A DNA stretch of 63,857 nt, filler included. It is 13 parts of 13 records of this genome, joined end to end, with 100 filler letters (N's around TTAATTAATTAA, not from the genome) between each part and the next. Parts side by side here need not be neighbours in the genome. Positions count along the whole stretch, not along the records: positions 38,862 to 48,013 come from SRR11831586_1891; positions 48,114 to 50,367 come from SRR11831586_1898; positions 50,468 to 54,508 come from SRR11831586_1902; 10 more parts are not named here. One strand, written 5' to 3'. The notes below the pieces were generated by a model. The model saw only the letters and a program-made list of their open reading frames with translations. It did not search any database and had not been told where the DNA came from. Each line of letters begins with the position of its first letter. The first letter of the stretch is position 1. The position numbers were made by a program, and so were the translations under genes. Below, one piece after another: positions 39,075 to 50,772 of the stretch.

Positions 39075-40193
39075 TTATTCTCCCCGTGAGTCAGCGTTAT
39101 CTTTCTTTTGCTGACGACCCAGTTCACGCACCGCCATCACGCTGACACCGGCAACCAACCCAACCACACCGCCGAGCAAACCAATAGCGCCTGCAGAGAC
39201 GTTGCCGCCCTCTTTAGCGTTAACATCCGGTTTCTGTGAACGCGGAGTTTGATTTTCGACGTTGGCAAGCTGATGGATGCCTTTATGGAAGCCGATACCT
39301 TCTTCGTTACAGCCATAGCAAGGGTGACCAATCGCCACCGGCCACACACCGCCAACATCGCAGAATTGCAGCGTTGAGCAGTTGCCGTAAGTTTCTGGCC
39401 CTTTACAGCCGAGGTGGTACAGGCACCAGCCTTCGCGGTGGCCTTCATCACCGAACTCTTTGGCAAAACGACCAGCATCGAAGTGCGGGCGACGTTCGCA
39501 GTGTTCGTGAATCAGACGGCCATAGGCGAAGGTCGGACGGTTTTTGTCATCCAGTTTCGGCGGTTTGCCGTAAGTGATGATGTGCGCAACGGTCGCGAGG
39601 AAGTTGTGCGGGTTCGGCGGGCAGCCCGGAATATTGATAACGGTTTTGCCTGGCAGAACTTCTTGCAGGCTGACTGCGCCAGTTGGGTTAACTCCAGCTG
39701 CGGCAACACCGCCCCACGCAGAGCAGGAACCGATAGCGATAATGGCTGCTGCGCCTTCCGCCGCTTTGCGGATGTGATCCACAATCGGCTCACCGGCAAC
39801 CATGCAATAAATACCGTTATCTTTTAATGGGATGGAACCATCCACCACTAACACATACTGCCCTTTGTACTTCTCAAGAGCGTTATGTTTGTTCTCTTCG
39901 ACCTGATGACCGAAGGCGGCGGAAAGCACTTCGTGATACTCCAGAGAGATAGTCTCCAGTACGAGGTTTTCTACCGTTGGATGCGTTGCACGAAGCAGAG
40001 ATTCCGTACAACCGGTGCACTCCTGCGCGCCAATCCAGATAACTGGCGGACGCTGCGGGTTAGTAACCGATTCGGCCATCTCTGCAGCGGCTTTGCTACT
40101 TAACCCCATGGTGGCGGCTAATGCTGCACAAAGCTTCATGAAATCACGACGGTTAATGCCGTGAGAATGGATGAGGGTGTTATCTCCAGTCAT
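39075..40193 (-). CDS. hybO: Hydrogenase-2 small subunit
   Basis: Tat signal RRDFMK, ECTGC, GCPP; 372 aa. Confidence 0.97.
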   Translation of the reverse strand: MTGDNTLIHSHGINRRDFMKLCAALAATMGLSSKAAAEMAESVTNPQRPPVIWIGAQECTGCTESLLRATHPTVENLVLETISLEYHEVLSAAFGHQVEENKHNALEKYKGQYVLVVDGSIPLKDNGIYCMVAGEPIVDHIRKAAEGAAAIIAIGSCSAWGGVAAAGVNPTGAVSLQEVLPGKTVINIPGCPPNPHNFLATVAHIITYGKPPKLDDKNRPTFAYGRLIHEHCERRPHFDAGRFAKEFGDEGHREGWCLYHLGCKGPETYGNCSTLQFCDVGGVWPVAIGHPCYGCNEEGIGFHKGIHQLANVENQTPRSQKPDVNAKEGGNVSAGAIGLLGGVVGLVAGVSVMAVRELGRQQKKDNADSRGE

Positions 40194-40381
40194 TTATAGT
40201 TATTCCGTTGCGAAGACCTGGCATATATTTTGCCTCAATCGCAAAATCAATAATGCGATCGATGCGCCATTTACCACACATTTATTATGGTTATCGATAT
40301 CATGATACTGCGGCGGGGCGCTAAAACGAAGGGAAGAAGCATTAGTGTAATTAATTAAAGCAAGATAATACGTATGTTTGA

Positions 40382-40669
40382 TCAATTTTCGAGGCGATAA
40401 CCGGCCATAAAAAAGCGCAACGTAGAACAGGAATTATTCTCACGAAAGAAATCCATTACCATCTCTTTATCCAGTCCATAGCGGCGCGTCAGAATACCCG
40501 CTTCCCAGGCGCTAAGCTGGCGATCTCCGGTCTTTTCGTACATCCGGTGTGAGTAGCCTAATACAAAACCGCGTTTATAATCGGCACAGAATTTTGTCAC
40601 ATTAACCGCACTGTCGGCATGCGTTGCTTTTAATCCCGCCATTAAGCCTTTACCAAAATGGTTATTCAT
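40382..40669 (-). CDS. yghW: YghW small protein
   Basis: 95-aa [15 protein letters not shown] upstream of hybO. Confidence 0.88.
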
Positions 40670-40787
40670 CGTTCACCTCATTCGCTATATATTGTCATAT
40701 ATAGCGATATTTTAGGCAAAGAACGACTTTTGCGCACGCTATTTTTTCATGCTTGTTTAAGACGTAATCCCGTAAGAGATAAACCTA

Positions 40788-41672
40788 TCAGGAGAGATAT
40801 TTATCGAACCATTTCAGTGTCCTTTGCCAGGCAAGATCGGCGGCAGATTTGTCATAACGGGGCGTGGAATCATTATGGAATCCGTGATTAACCCCCGGAT
40901 AGATATACGCCTCATAAACCTTATTATTGGCTTTCAACGCCGCCTCGTAAGCAGGCCAGCCCTCGTTGATTCGGGTGTCCAGTTCCGCGAAGTGGAGTAG
41001 TAAAGGCGCTTCAATCTTCGCCACATCGGCAGTGGGTGCCTGACGACCATAAAACGGCACCGCGCAGGCCAGTTCCGGATACGCGACAGCCGCCGCGTTC
41101 GATACGCCACCGCCATAGCAAAATCCGGTAATACCCACTTTGCCTGTCGCTTGCGGATAGCGTTGCATAAACTCAATTGCGGCAAAGAAATCATTCATCA
41201 GTTTGTTGGATCAACCTGCTGTTGCAGCTCACGACCTTTATCATCATTTCCCGGATAACCTCCAACGGAACTTAAGCCGTCAGGTGCCAGGGCGATATAC
41301 CCCGCCTTCGCCACTCGCCGTGCCACATCTTCGATATACGGATTCAGTCCACGATTCTCATGCACCACCACTACGGCTGGCGTTTTGCCGCTCATCTTTG
41401 CGGGCTTCACCAGATAACCCCGCACCTCGCCGTGACCATTTGGCGAAGGATACGTGATGTACTCAGCAACAATTTCCGGGTCGGTAAACTCTACCTGAGT
41501 CGCCAGCGCATAATTTGGCTTGAGCAAATCAAACAACGCTAATGCCGTCATCCCGCCTACCGCACTTCGCCGCAAGGTTGAGGAACTCACGTTTCGAGAT
41601 TTTCCCGTGAGCGTAATAGTCATAGTAATCCAGCAACTCTTGTGGGAAATCTTTGGCGGTTAAACGCGGCAT
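40788..41672 (-). pseudogene. yghX: Dienelactone-hydrolase family yghX, split by two frameshifts
   Basis: One protein (MPRLTAKDF / VVHENRGL / GFCYGG) spread over three frames, with shifts near 41565 and 41205. Confidence 0.88.
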
Positions 41673-41828
41673 CGTTGCACTCCTCAGTTGGTGTTTTTTT
41701 AAGCAAAGCATAAGCACGTATTTTTGCCCAGTTTTTCGTCACTCTGTGAGCCAGACTACGGGATACGCGCTGGCGAATCGCTAAACTAGAAACATTGTTT
41801 CGAAATTGAACGGTGGAAAGGAGAGGTC

Positions 41829-42869
41829 ATGGTCTGGTTAGCGAATCCCGAACGTTACGGGCAGATGCAATACCGCTATTGCGGAAAAAGTGGTTTACGC
41901 CTGCCCGCGTTATCGCTCGGTTTATGGCACAATTTCGGTCACGTTAACGCGCTGGAATCACAGCGTGCGATCCTGCGTAAAGCGTTTGATTTGGGCATTA
42001 CGCACTTTGATTTAGCCAACAATTACGGGCCGCCTCCAGGAAGCGCAGAAGAGAACTTTGGTCGCCTGCTGCGGGAGGATTTTGCCGCTTATCGCGATGA
42101 ACTGATTATCTCTACCAAGGCTGGCTACGATATGTGGCCCGGCCCTTACGGCTCTGGCGGTTCACGTAAATACCTGCTCGCCAGCCTCGACCAAAGCCTG
42201 AAGCGTATGGGGCTTGAGTATGTCGATATCTTTTACTCTCATCGCGTCGATGAAAATACGCCGATGGAAGAAACCGCCTCTGCGCTGGCTCATGCGGTAC
42301 AAAGCGGTAAGGCGCTGTATGTCGGGATCTCCTCTTACTCGCCAGAGCGGACGCAAAAAATGGTCGAGTTGCTGCGCGAGTGGAAAATTCCGCTGTTAAT
42401 TCATCAACCTTCGTACAATTTACTGAACCGCTGGGTGGATAAAAGCGGCCTGCTGGATACCCTGCAAAATAACGGCGTGGGCTGTATTGCCTTTACTCCT
42501 CTGGCTCAGGGATTGCTGACCGGAAAATATCTCAACGGCATTCCGCAAGATTCACGGATGCATCGTGAAGGGAATAAAGTTCGTGGTCTGACACCGAAAA
42601 TGCTTACCGAAGCCAACCTCAACAGCCTGCGCTTATTGAATGAAATGGCACAGCAGCGTGGACAATCAATGGCGCAAATGGCGTTAAGCTGGTTGCTGAA
42701 AGATGATCGCGTGACGTCGGTATTGATTGGTGCCAGCCGCGCGGAGCAACTAGAGGAGAACGTGCAGGCGCTGAATAATCTGACATTTAGCACCAAGGAG
42801 CTGGCGCAGATTGATCAGCATATCGCCGATGGCGAGCTGAATCTGTGGCAGGCGTCTTCCGATAAATGA
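41829..42869 (+). CDS. gpr: L-glyceraldehyde-3-phosphate reductase (aldo-keto reductase)
   Basis: FDLANNYG and ISTKAG AKR motifs; 346 aa. Confidence 0.95.
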   Translation: MVWLANPERYGQMQYRYCGKSGLRLPALSLGLWHNFGHVNALESQRAILRKAFDLGITHFDLANNYGPPPGSAEENFGRLLREDFAAYRDELIISTKAGYDMWPGPYGSGGSRKYLLASLDQSLKRMGLEYVDIFYSHRVDENTPMEETASALAHAVQSGKALYVGISSYSPERTQKMVELLREWKIPLLIHQPSYNLLNRWVDKSGLLDTLQNNGVGCIAFTPLAQGLLTGKYLNGIPQDSRMHREGNKVRGLTPKMLTEANLNSLRLLNEMAQQRGQSMAQMALSWLLKDDRVTSVLIGASRAEQLEENVQALNNLTFSTKELAQIDQHIADGELNLWQASSDK

Positions 42870-42908
42870 CCTGTTAATAACGGGCGCGCGAACCGCGCCC
42901 GAATCAGA

Positions 42909-43472
<564 letters not shown>

Positions 43473-43593
43473 TCAACATATACGTTAAACCTTTGTCGCA
43501 TAATTCTGAGGTTTAGGGATCTTCCTGGTTCCCTTATCAACGCATCGAGAACGTCTACCCTTAAAGGACGTTGAACCTGAAGGGAGAAAAACG

Positions 43594-44478
43594 ATGTCTC
43601 ATTTAAAAGACCCGACCACGCAGTATTACACTGGTGAATATCCCAAACAGAAACAACCGACGCCAGGCATCCAGGCGAAGATGACACCGGTACCGGATTG
43701 CGGCGAGAAAACCTATGTTGGTAGCGGTCGCCTGAAAGATCGTAAAGCACTGGTGACAGGGGGCGATTCCGGAATAGGTCGCGCTGCCGCCATCGCTTAC
43801 GCGCGTGAAGGGGCTGACGTGGCGATCAGTTATCTTCCCGTGGAAGAAGAAGACGCTCAGGATGTGAAAAAGATCATTGAAGAATGCGGACGCAAAGCCG
43901 TTCTGCTGCCAGGCGATTTAAGCGATGAGAAATTTGCCCGTTCGCTGGTTCACGAAGCGCACAAGGCGTTAGGCGGGCTGGATATTATGGCGCTGGTCGC
44001 CGGGAAACAGGTTGCCATTCCGGATATTGCAGACCTCACCAGCGAACAGTTTCAAAAGACCTTTGCCATTAACGTTTTCGCGCTGTTCTGGCTAACCCAG
44101 GAAGCGATCCCCCTGCTACCGAAAGGTGCAAGTATCATCACCACTTCGTCAATCCAGGCATACCAGCCAAGTCCGCATTTACTGGACTATGCGGCTACGA
44201 AGGCGGCGATTCTGAACTACAGCCGTGGCTTGGCAAAACAGGTCGCGAAGAAAGGTATTCGGGTGAATATTGTCGCGCCAGGCCCGATCTGGACAGCACT
44301 GCAAATTTCCGGCGGACAAACGCAGGATAAGATCCCGCAGTTTGGTCAGCAAACGCCGATGAAACGTGCGGGGCAACCGGCGGAACTGGCCCCTGTATAT
44401 GTTTATCTGGCAAGTCAGGAGTCGAGCTACGTCACCGCAGAAGTGCACGGCGTGTGCGGCGGCGAGCATTTAGGTTAA
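43594..44478 (+). CDS. yghA: SDR-family NADP-dependent aldehyde reductase
   Basis: TGGDSGIG and YAATK motifs; 294 aa. Confidence 0.95.
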   Translation: MSHLKDPTTQYYTGEYPKQKQPTPGIQAKMTPVPDCGEKTYVGSGRLKDRKALVTGGDSGIGRAAAIAYAREGADVAISYLPVEEEDAQDVKKIIEECGRKAVLLPGDLSDEKFARSLVHEAHKALGGLDIMALVAGKQVAIPDIADLTSEQFQKTFAINVFALFWLTQEAIPLLPKGASIITTSSIQAYQPSPHLLDYAATKAAILNYSRGLAKQVAKKGIRVNIVAPGPIWTALQISGGQTQDKIPQFGQQTPMKRAGQPAELAPVYVYLASQESSYVTAEVHGVCGGEHLG

Positions 44479-44530
44479 AAAAATGCCCGGTTGTGAAAAG
44501 CAACCGGGCATCATTGTGAATTCACTCTTA

Positions 44531-44628
44531 CCTGATGTGGCGAAAACGCCTTATCCGCCTACAAACGCATGAAGATTCAACATGTTGCAATAGATTTTGT
44601 AGGCCTGATGAGCGTAGCGCATCAGGCA
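44531..44628. repeat. Pair of REP elements
   Basis: CCTGATGTGGCGAAAACGCCTTATCCGCCTAC and GTAGGCCTGATGAGCGTAGCGCATCAGGCA. Confidence 0.85.
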
Positions 44629-44636
44629 ATTCTACT

Positions 44637-45062
44637 TTACTTCGCTTTGGCGGTTTCTTCGCCGACCAGACCTATCTTCAGGTAACCCGCCTGATGCAGC
44701 GTATCCATTACCTTCATCAACGTCTCGTAATCGACGGTTTTGTCCGCTCGGAAGAAGATGGTGGTGTCTTTCTTGCCTTCGGTTAACGCATTCAACGCCG
44801 TAATCATTGTTTCATCGGTGACCGGATCGTTACCGATAAACATCGAGTTGTCTGCCTTCACCGACAGATAAACCGGTTTTTCCGGGCGCGGCTGCGGCGT
44901 GCTGGTAGAAGCAGGCAAGTTCACCTTCACATCTACCGTCGCTAACGGTGCCGCCACCATAAAGATAATCAGCAGAACCAACATCACGTCGATAAACGGC
45001 GTCACGTTGATATCATGCATTTCGCCGTTATCGTCGAGGTTTTCGTTAAGATGCATTGCCAT
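44637..45062 (-). CDS. exbD: TonB system ExbD
   Basis: INVTPFIDVMLVLLIIFM; 141 aa. Confidence 0.97.
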   Translation of the reverse strand: MAMHLNENLDDNGEMHDINVTPFIDVMLVLLIIFMVAAPLATVDVKVNLPASTSTPQPRPEKPVYLSVKADNSMFIGNDPVTDETMITALNALTEGKKDTTIFFRADKTVDYETLMKVMDTLHQAGYLKIGLVGEETAKAK

Positions 45063-45068
45063 CGGATA

Positions 45069-45803
45069 TTATCCTGCGCGTAATTTTTGTGCGACACGAA
45101 CCGGATGCGCAGCGGCGCTGGCTTCCAGATCCAGGTCACGGCTTTGCAGCAACAATACCTGCGCTGCAACATCACCCAGCATCGCTTTAAAGCCGCCAAT
45201 CTGGCGTGCAAATACGTTATAGATAACGACCGCAGGAATCGCTGCCACGAGGCCGATTGCCGTTGCTAACAGAGCTTCTGCGATACCCGGCGCAACGACT
45301 GCCAGGTTAGTGGTCTGCGTTTGCGCGATACCAATAAAGCTGTTCATGATGCCCCAGACCGTACCAAACAGACCAACGAACGGAGAAATCGCGCCGATGG
45401 TTGCCAGATAGCCGTTACCGCGGCCCATTTGACGACCCACTGCGGCGACCCGACGCTCCAGACGGAAGCTGGTACGTTCTTTAATACCTTCGTTATCGTC
45501 GCTGCCTTCTGACAGTTCCAGCTCATTCTGCGCTTCATTGAGCAAATGCAGGCTTAAGCTTTTGCTACCAAAATCAGCGGCGATATCGTTGGCCTGGTTT
45601 AAGGAACGCGCTTCAGCCAGCAGTTGCTGCTCGCGCTTAAGGCGACGCTTCTGATTGAAGAACTCTACGCTCTTACTGAAGAAGATTGCCCAGGTGACTA
45701 CGGAGGCCAAAATAAGCCCAATCATCACGCACTTAACGACAATATCGGCGTGCTGATACATACCCCAGACGGAAAGGTCCGTCTGCATTAAATTATTACC
45801 CAC
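45069..45803 (-). CDS. exbB: TonB system ExbB
   Basis: SPFVGLFGTVWGIM and GIAEALLATAIGL; 244 aa. Confidence 0.97.
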   Translation of the reverse strand: MGNNLMQTDLSVWGMYQHADIVVKCVMIGLILASVVTWAIFFSKSVEFFNQKRRLKREQQLLAEARSLNQANDIAADFGSKSLSLHLLNEAQNELELSEGSDDNEGIKERTSFRLERRVAAVGRQMGRGNGYLATIGAISPFVGLFGTVWGIMNSFIGIAQTQTTNLAVVAPGIAEALLATAIGLVAAIPAVVIYNVFARQIGGFKAMLGDVAAQVLLLQSRDLDLEASAAAHPVRVAQKLRAG

Positions 45804-45863
45804 TGTGTATCTCCAGGACGCAAGTCACAAAATCTGCGCATAATAATATCAAAACGACGTCGA

Positions 45864-45884
45864 ATTGATAGTCGTTCTCATTAC
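45864..45884. promoter_or_regulatory. Fur-box-like site upstream of exbB
   Basis: GATAGTCGTTCTCATT resembles GATAATGATAATCATT; exbBD is iron-regulated. Confidence 0.55.
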
Positions 45885-46020
45885 TATTTGCATACTGCCG
45901 TACCTTTGCTTTCTTTTCCTTGCGTTTACGCAGTAAAAAAGTCACCAGCACGCCATTTGCGAAAATTTTCTGCTTTATGCCAATTCTTCAGGATGCGCCC
46001 GCGAATATTCATGCTAGTTT

Positions 46021-46036
46021 AGACATCCAGACGTAT
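46021..46036 (+). promoter_or_regulatory. Tandem MetJ boxes
   Basis: AGACATCC-AGACGTAT versus consensus AGACGTCT, just upstream of metC. Confidence 0.8.
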
Positions 46037-46054
46037 AAAAACAGGAATCCCGAC

Positions 46055-47242
46055 ATGGCGGACAAAAAGCTTGATACTCAACTGGTGAATGCAGGACGCA
46101 GCAAAAAATACACTCTCGGCGCGGTAAATAGCGTGATTCAGCGCGCTTCTTCGCTGGTCTTTGACAGTGTAGAAGCCAAAAAACACGCGACACGTAATCG
46201 CGCCAATGGAGAGTTGTTCTATGGACGGCGCGGAACGTTAACCCATTTCTCCTTACAACAAGCGATGTGTGAACTGGAAGGTGGCGCAGGCTGCGTGCTA
46301 TTTCCCTGCGGGGCGGCAGCGGTTGCTAATTCCATTCTTGCTTTTATCGAACAGGGCGATCATGTGTTGATGACCAACACCGCCTATGAACCGAGTCAGG
46401 ATTTCTGTAGCAAAATCCTCAGCAAACTGGGCGTAACGACATCATGGTTTGATCCGCTGATTGGTGCCGATATCGTTAAGCATCTGCAGCCAAACACTAA
46501 AATCGTGTTTCTGGAATCGCCAGGCTCCATCACCATGGAAGTCCACGACGTTCCGGCGATTGTTGCCGCCGTACGCAGTGTGGTGCCGGATGCCATCATT
46601 ATGATCGACAACACCTGGGCAGCCGGTGTGCTGTTTAAGGCGCTGGATTTTGGCATCGATGTTTCTATTCAAGCCGCCACCAAATATCTGGTTGGGCATT
46701 CAGATGCGATGATTGGCACTGCCGTGTGCAATGCCCGTTGCTGGGAGCAGCTACGGGAAAATGCCTATCTGATGGGCCAGATGGTCGATGCCGATACCGC
46801 CTATATAACCAGCCGTGGCCTGCGCACATTAGGTGTGCGTTTGCGTCAACATCATGAAAGCAGTCTGAAAGTGGCTGAATGGCTGGCAGAACATCCGCAA
46901 GTTGCGCGAGTTAACCACCCTGCTCTGCCTGGCAGTAAAGGTCACGAATTCTGGAAACGAGACTTTACAGGCAGCAGCGGGCTATTTTCCTTTGTGCTTA
47001 AGAAAAAACTCAATAATGAAGAGCTGGCGAACTATCTGGATAACTTCAGTTTATTCAGCATGGCCTACTCGTGGGGCGGGTATGAATCGTTGATCCTGGC
47101 AAATCAACCAGAACATATCGCCGCCATTCGCCCACAAGGCGAGATCGATTTTAGCGGGACCTTGATTCGCCTGCATATTGGTCTGGAAGATGTCGACGAT
47201 CTGATTGCCGATCTGGACGCCGGTTTTGCGCGAATTGTATAA
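46055..47242 (+). CDS. metC: Cystathionine beta-lyase
   Basis: [24 protein letters not shown] motifs; 395 aa. Confidence 0.98.
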   Translation: MADKKLDTQLVNAGRSKKYTLGAVNSVIQRASSLVFDSVEAKKHATRNRANGELFYGRRGTLTHFSLQQAMCELEGGAGCVLFPCGAAAVANSILAFIEQGDHVLMTNTAYEPSQDFCSKILSKLGVTTSWFDPLIGADIVKHLQPNTKIVFLESPGSITMEVHDVPAIVAAVRSVVPDAIIMIDNTWAAGVLFKALDFGIDVSIQAATKYLVGHSDAMIGTAVCNARCWEQLRENAYLMGQMVDADTAYITSRGLRTLGVRLRQHHESSLKVAEWLAEHPQVARVNHPALPGSKGHEFWKRDFTGSSGLFSFVLKKKLNNEELANYLDNFSLFSMAYSWGGYESLILANQPEHIAAIRPQGEIDFSGTLIRLHIGLEDVDDLIADLDAGFARIV

Positions 47243-47381
47243 CATTGCCACTTTTGGACAATTTTGCAGACATTTTATTGTGAAAAGTCTTAAATTGTTG
47301 CGTCCGGGATCAAGGCGTCCCGGACGATTCAGGAGTACAATAGGCAGATAAAGGCTTAAACGCTGTTCCACAGGAAAGTCC

Positions 47382-48013
47382 ATGGCTGTTATTCAAGATA
47401 TCATCGCTGCGCTCTGGCAACACGACTTTGCCGCGCTGGCGGATCCTCATATTGTTAGCGTTGTTTACTTTGTCATGTTTGCCACGCTGTTTTTAGAAAA
47501 CGGCCTGCTGCCCGCCTCATTTTTGCCAGGCGACAGCTTGTTGATACTGGCAGGCGCATTGATTGCCCAGGGGGTTATGGATTTTCTGCCTACGATTGCG
47601 ATTCTGACCGCCGCAGCAAGTCTGGGCTGCTGGCTAAGTTATATTCAGGGGCGCTGGTTAGGGAATACCAAAACGGTGAAAGGCTGGCTGGCACAGCTTC
47701 CTGCTAAATATCACCAGCGCGCCACCTGCATGTTTGACCGCCACGGTCTGCTGGCGCTGCTGGCTGGACGTTTTCTTGCATTTGTCCGTACGCTGCTGCC
47801 AACCATGGCGGGAATTTCCGGTCTGCCAAACCGCCGCTTCCAGTTTTTCAACTGGTTAAGTGGATTGCTGTGGGTCAGCGTGGTAACCAGTTTTGGCTAT
47901 GCCTTAAGTATGATTCCGTTCGTTAAACGCCATGAAGATCAGGTAATGACGTTCCTGATGATCCTGCCAATTGCCTTGTTAACCGCTGGCTTGTTAGGCA
48001 CGCTGTTTGTGGT
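47382..48013 (+). CDS. yghB: DedA-family membrane protein, 3' end truncated
   Basis: [17 protein letters not shown] and GRFLAFVRT motifs. Confidence 0.94.
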
Positions 48014-48113
48014 NNNNNNNNNNNNNNNNNNNNNNNNNNNNNNNNNNNNNNNNNNNNTTAATTAATTAANNNNNNNNNNNNNNNNNNNNNNNNNNNNNNN
48101 NNNNNNNNNNNNN

Positions 48114-48602
48114 ACATCGACCGAGGGTCGGCGCAGGCCCGCAGGAGAACGGAAGAACTCGATACTGTCGTTCATTGCGTCCATCCATTCGTGCTTGTCG
48201 TGCTCAGTCTCGGCCCTACCAGCGAAAAATCCCGGTTAACATCGAATCGGCATATGGCATTTCTCACGCGTACTCGATCACAAAGGTCCTGCGGGCAGTA
48301 ATAACATGGAATCGGTTCTCCTCCGCGCTGTTTTGGATCACTGCCCCATACAATGAGAAGGATCCTTTGATTTTTTGCGGCTGCAATTACGTGAGCAATA
48401 TAGAGCCAGGGGCGAACGGCGTACATTCAAGCGTTCGCGTGGGGCATAATAGGTCACGACATTGTTGGCCATTACTACCCAACGATGTTTCCATCTGCAA
48501 CAGGCTAAGCACATGCAACAGGTCTTGCGGGGCGTACGTTTTCCAGAACCCGCCGCGCTTGCGCAGGAAGCCCTGTCTTGTCGGTGGCGCCTGTTCGGAC
48601 AT
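48114..48602 (-). CDS. Eukaryotic protein with N-terminal PH domain, 5' part; exons 48602-48538, 48494-48425, 48380-48274, 48215-48114
   Basis: Spliced product MSEQAPPTRQGFLRKRGGFWKTWKHRWVVMANNVVTYY...KIKGSFSL...FHVITARRTFVIEAETEHDKHEWMDAM; three GTACGC..AG introns of 43, 44 and 58 nt. Confidence 0.88.
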
Positions 48603-49772
48603 TTCCACCCACTGTGATCACCAACTCCAACCGTTAACGCCGACCACTCTAGCAATCAGAGACGACACAATCTTTCGTCTGTGTCTCGGCCATCCACTTC
48701 GAGCAGAAGGAGAGGAATGAGGGGAAACGGAACCAGGTACAGGCACAGGCGCACCGATGCGCCTGACAGTGTGTTTTGTGTCCGTTTGGCTATTCCCGTT
48801 TCGGAGCTGCGTGCTGGGGTTTCAGCCACTGCTATGCGATACACAGTGTCACCGCTCGGACACCGATGAAGTAGATCACACAGGGCGCTCTCGGATGCAT
48901 CAGCAATCAGCAATGTGAGTAGAACACATGCGCGTGTTGAGGCTCCAGCGCTAGCGAGACTCAAGACGGCCGGTTGTATATCTAGGTGCCAGGGCGGTGA
49001 GAAACAGAATGGGACCAGTTACGGGACACTGTACGGCCATGGGGACGTTTGCTGATCGTGTGGCTACCAAAGTGAAAGCACCGAAGTTTCTTAAATTATT
49101 TCTGAGATACGTCTCCTCACATACATACACCGCGAGACACAGACATACGCACGGTAACCTAAGTAACACACCTAGAAACAGCGACAGGATCGTGCCGCAA
49201 ACGCTGAGCACGGACGCACTCATACTCGAAAGAACGTAAAACACGGTCACAGGCGGCACAATTGTAACCATCTCCATGCCACAATGACCGATGCACATCG
49301 TAGAAAGGGCGCGTATCGAGACAGAACATGTGCTCCCCGCGGAGTCCCCTCGGAGCACGCAGTGCACTACGACGCGTACGCAGACGAAACAAGCACCTGA
49401 GGGCATGGTCATTCCCCACACCCATTCGGACGGCTAGCACCCACGTACACATGTTCACCGCGCAAAGAGTATCCCGAAAGCGATCCCCCGCAGCACAACA
49501 GGAGGCGGGAGGATGTCCCTCCCCCGCACATTACGAAGCGCACGGCTGACAATAGCAGCGCAGGAAAGGTGATCGCAGTTAGGAGGACGCGGTGACCCAA
49601 GCGCTCGAAACTTTTCGAGGCACGCACCGTTCACGGCAGTACCATATACGCAACGACCCACAAACGCGACACACTATGACGTTCAGTGCTCGACCGCGCG
49701 GCCTTAGGATCCTTTCAGCATGCATCACGCACACCTCTGCAAAAATAGCACTTCTGCAACAAAGAAAACCCC

Positions 49773-50367
49773 TCATCTACTTTGCAGCTGCGTGATCTCC
49801 GCGCGCAGCGACTCAATCAGTTCCGAGTCCTTCTTACGCGCCCGGCGCATGTCCTTCACCTCCTTCGTCAGTGTCACCATGTCGCTTTGCCACTGTTGCA
49901 CCCCCGAGGAGAGAGTTTTCAGTTTGTGCTCCAACACCGCACACTGGGACACTAGATCTTGATTCCGAACGGTTAGTTCGGAGGCTAAAGTCGCGGACTC
50001 GTCGGACTTTATCCGTAGTTCTTCGTTCTCTTGCTGCAGATATTGTTATGTCAGGGTCGAGATGTGACAGCTTCACGGCAATTGCATACCAGAAGCACAT
50101 CGAACTTTGCGCGATAGTCGATAACCAGCTCATCTCGTTCACGTTTGATGGACTTCATCTGATCTTCCTTCGCCGCCAATAGCTGCTCCAACAGATGAAT
50201 TTCTCTCCGGGCATCGGCGGCGTCCTACGCACGGTATGACCATCTTTAGGTAAACAGAACGAAAGAGTACCTTGCCAAGAACAAGAAGGCTTTCCTCCAC
50301 TACTTTAAAATCCGGCCGAAGATCGCATGGCCATTCTCCGGTTTGCGTCATATCCGCAACTTCATAA
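49773..50367 (-). CDS. Coiled-coil protein of unknown function, 3' part; exons 50367-50271, 50224-50090, 50033-49773
   Basis: Spliced heptad-rich peptide EIHLLEQLLAAKEDQMKSIKRERDEL...LLQENEELRIK...LIESLRAEITQLQSR*; introns of 46 and 56 nt in phase. Confidence 0.7.
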
Positions 50368-50772
50368 NNNNNNNNNNNNNNNNNNNNNNNNNNNNNNNNN
50401 NNNNNNNNNNNTTAATTAATTAANNNNNNNNNNNNNNNNNNNNNNNNNNNNNNNNNNNNNNNNNNNNAAACATGAGGAGCACGGCGAGCACAATCCAAAT
50501 CCGCGGACCCAACGTACGCGAACGCAGCATGGAATTAGACATTCTTTGTGGCGTTATAACAGCCTACCATTCGTACAAGCATACAGTGAGCTTCCATATC
50601 ATCTCGATAGAACGCAACTTCGCCAAGTTCAGCTGTTCTGACACATATCAAGTTGGAACTTTCCTGGCACCTGGGACTCCTTCAAATGATGCGCCGGGTT
50701 CCATATTTCCATGGCGGGCGCGAGTTGGTTGGAGTACACGTCCATACAGCAGCCAATTTATGAAGTGAAAGC

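Noticed and set aside
40788-41672. yghX frameshifts as a novel inactivation
   Set aside because: yghX is already known as a pseudogene in K-12; used only as a strain marker.
48603-49772. 1.2-kb stretch between the PH and coiled-coil genes with several short ORFs
   Set aside because: No coherent spliced product or RNA family recognised; left unannotated rather than declared empty.
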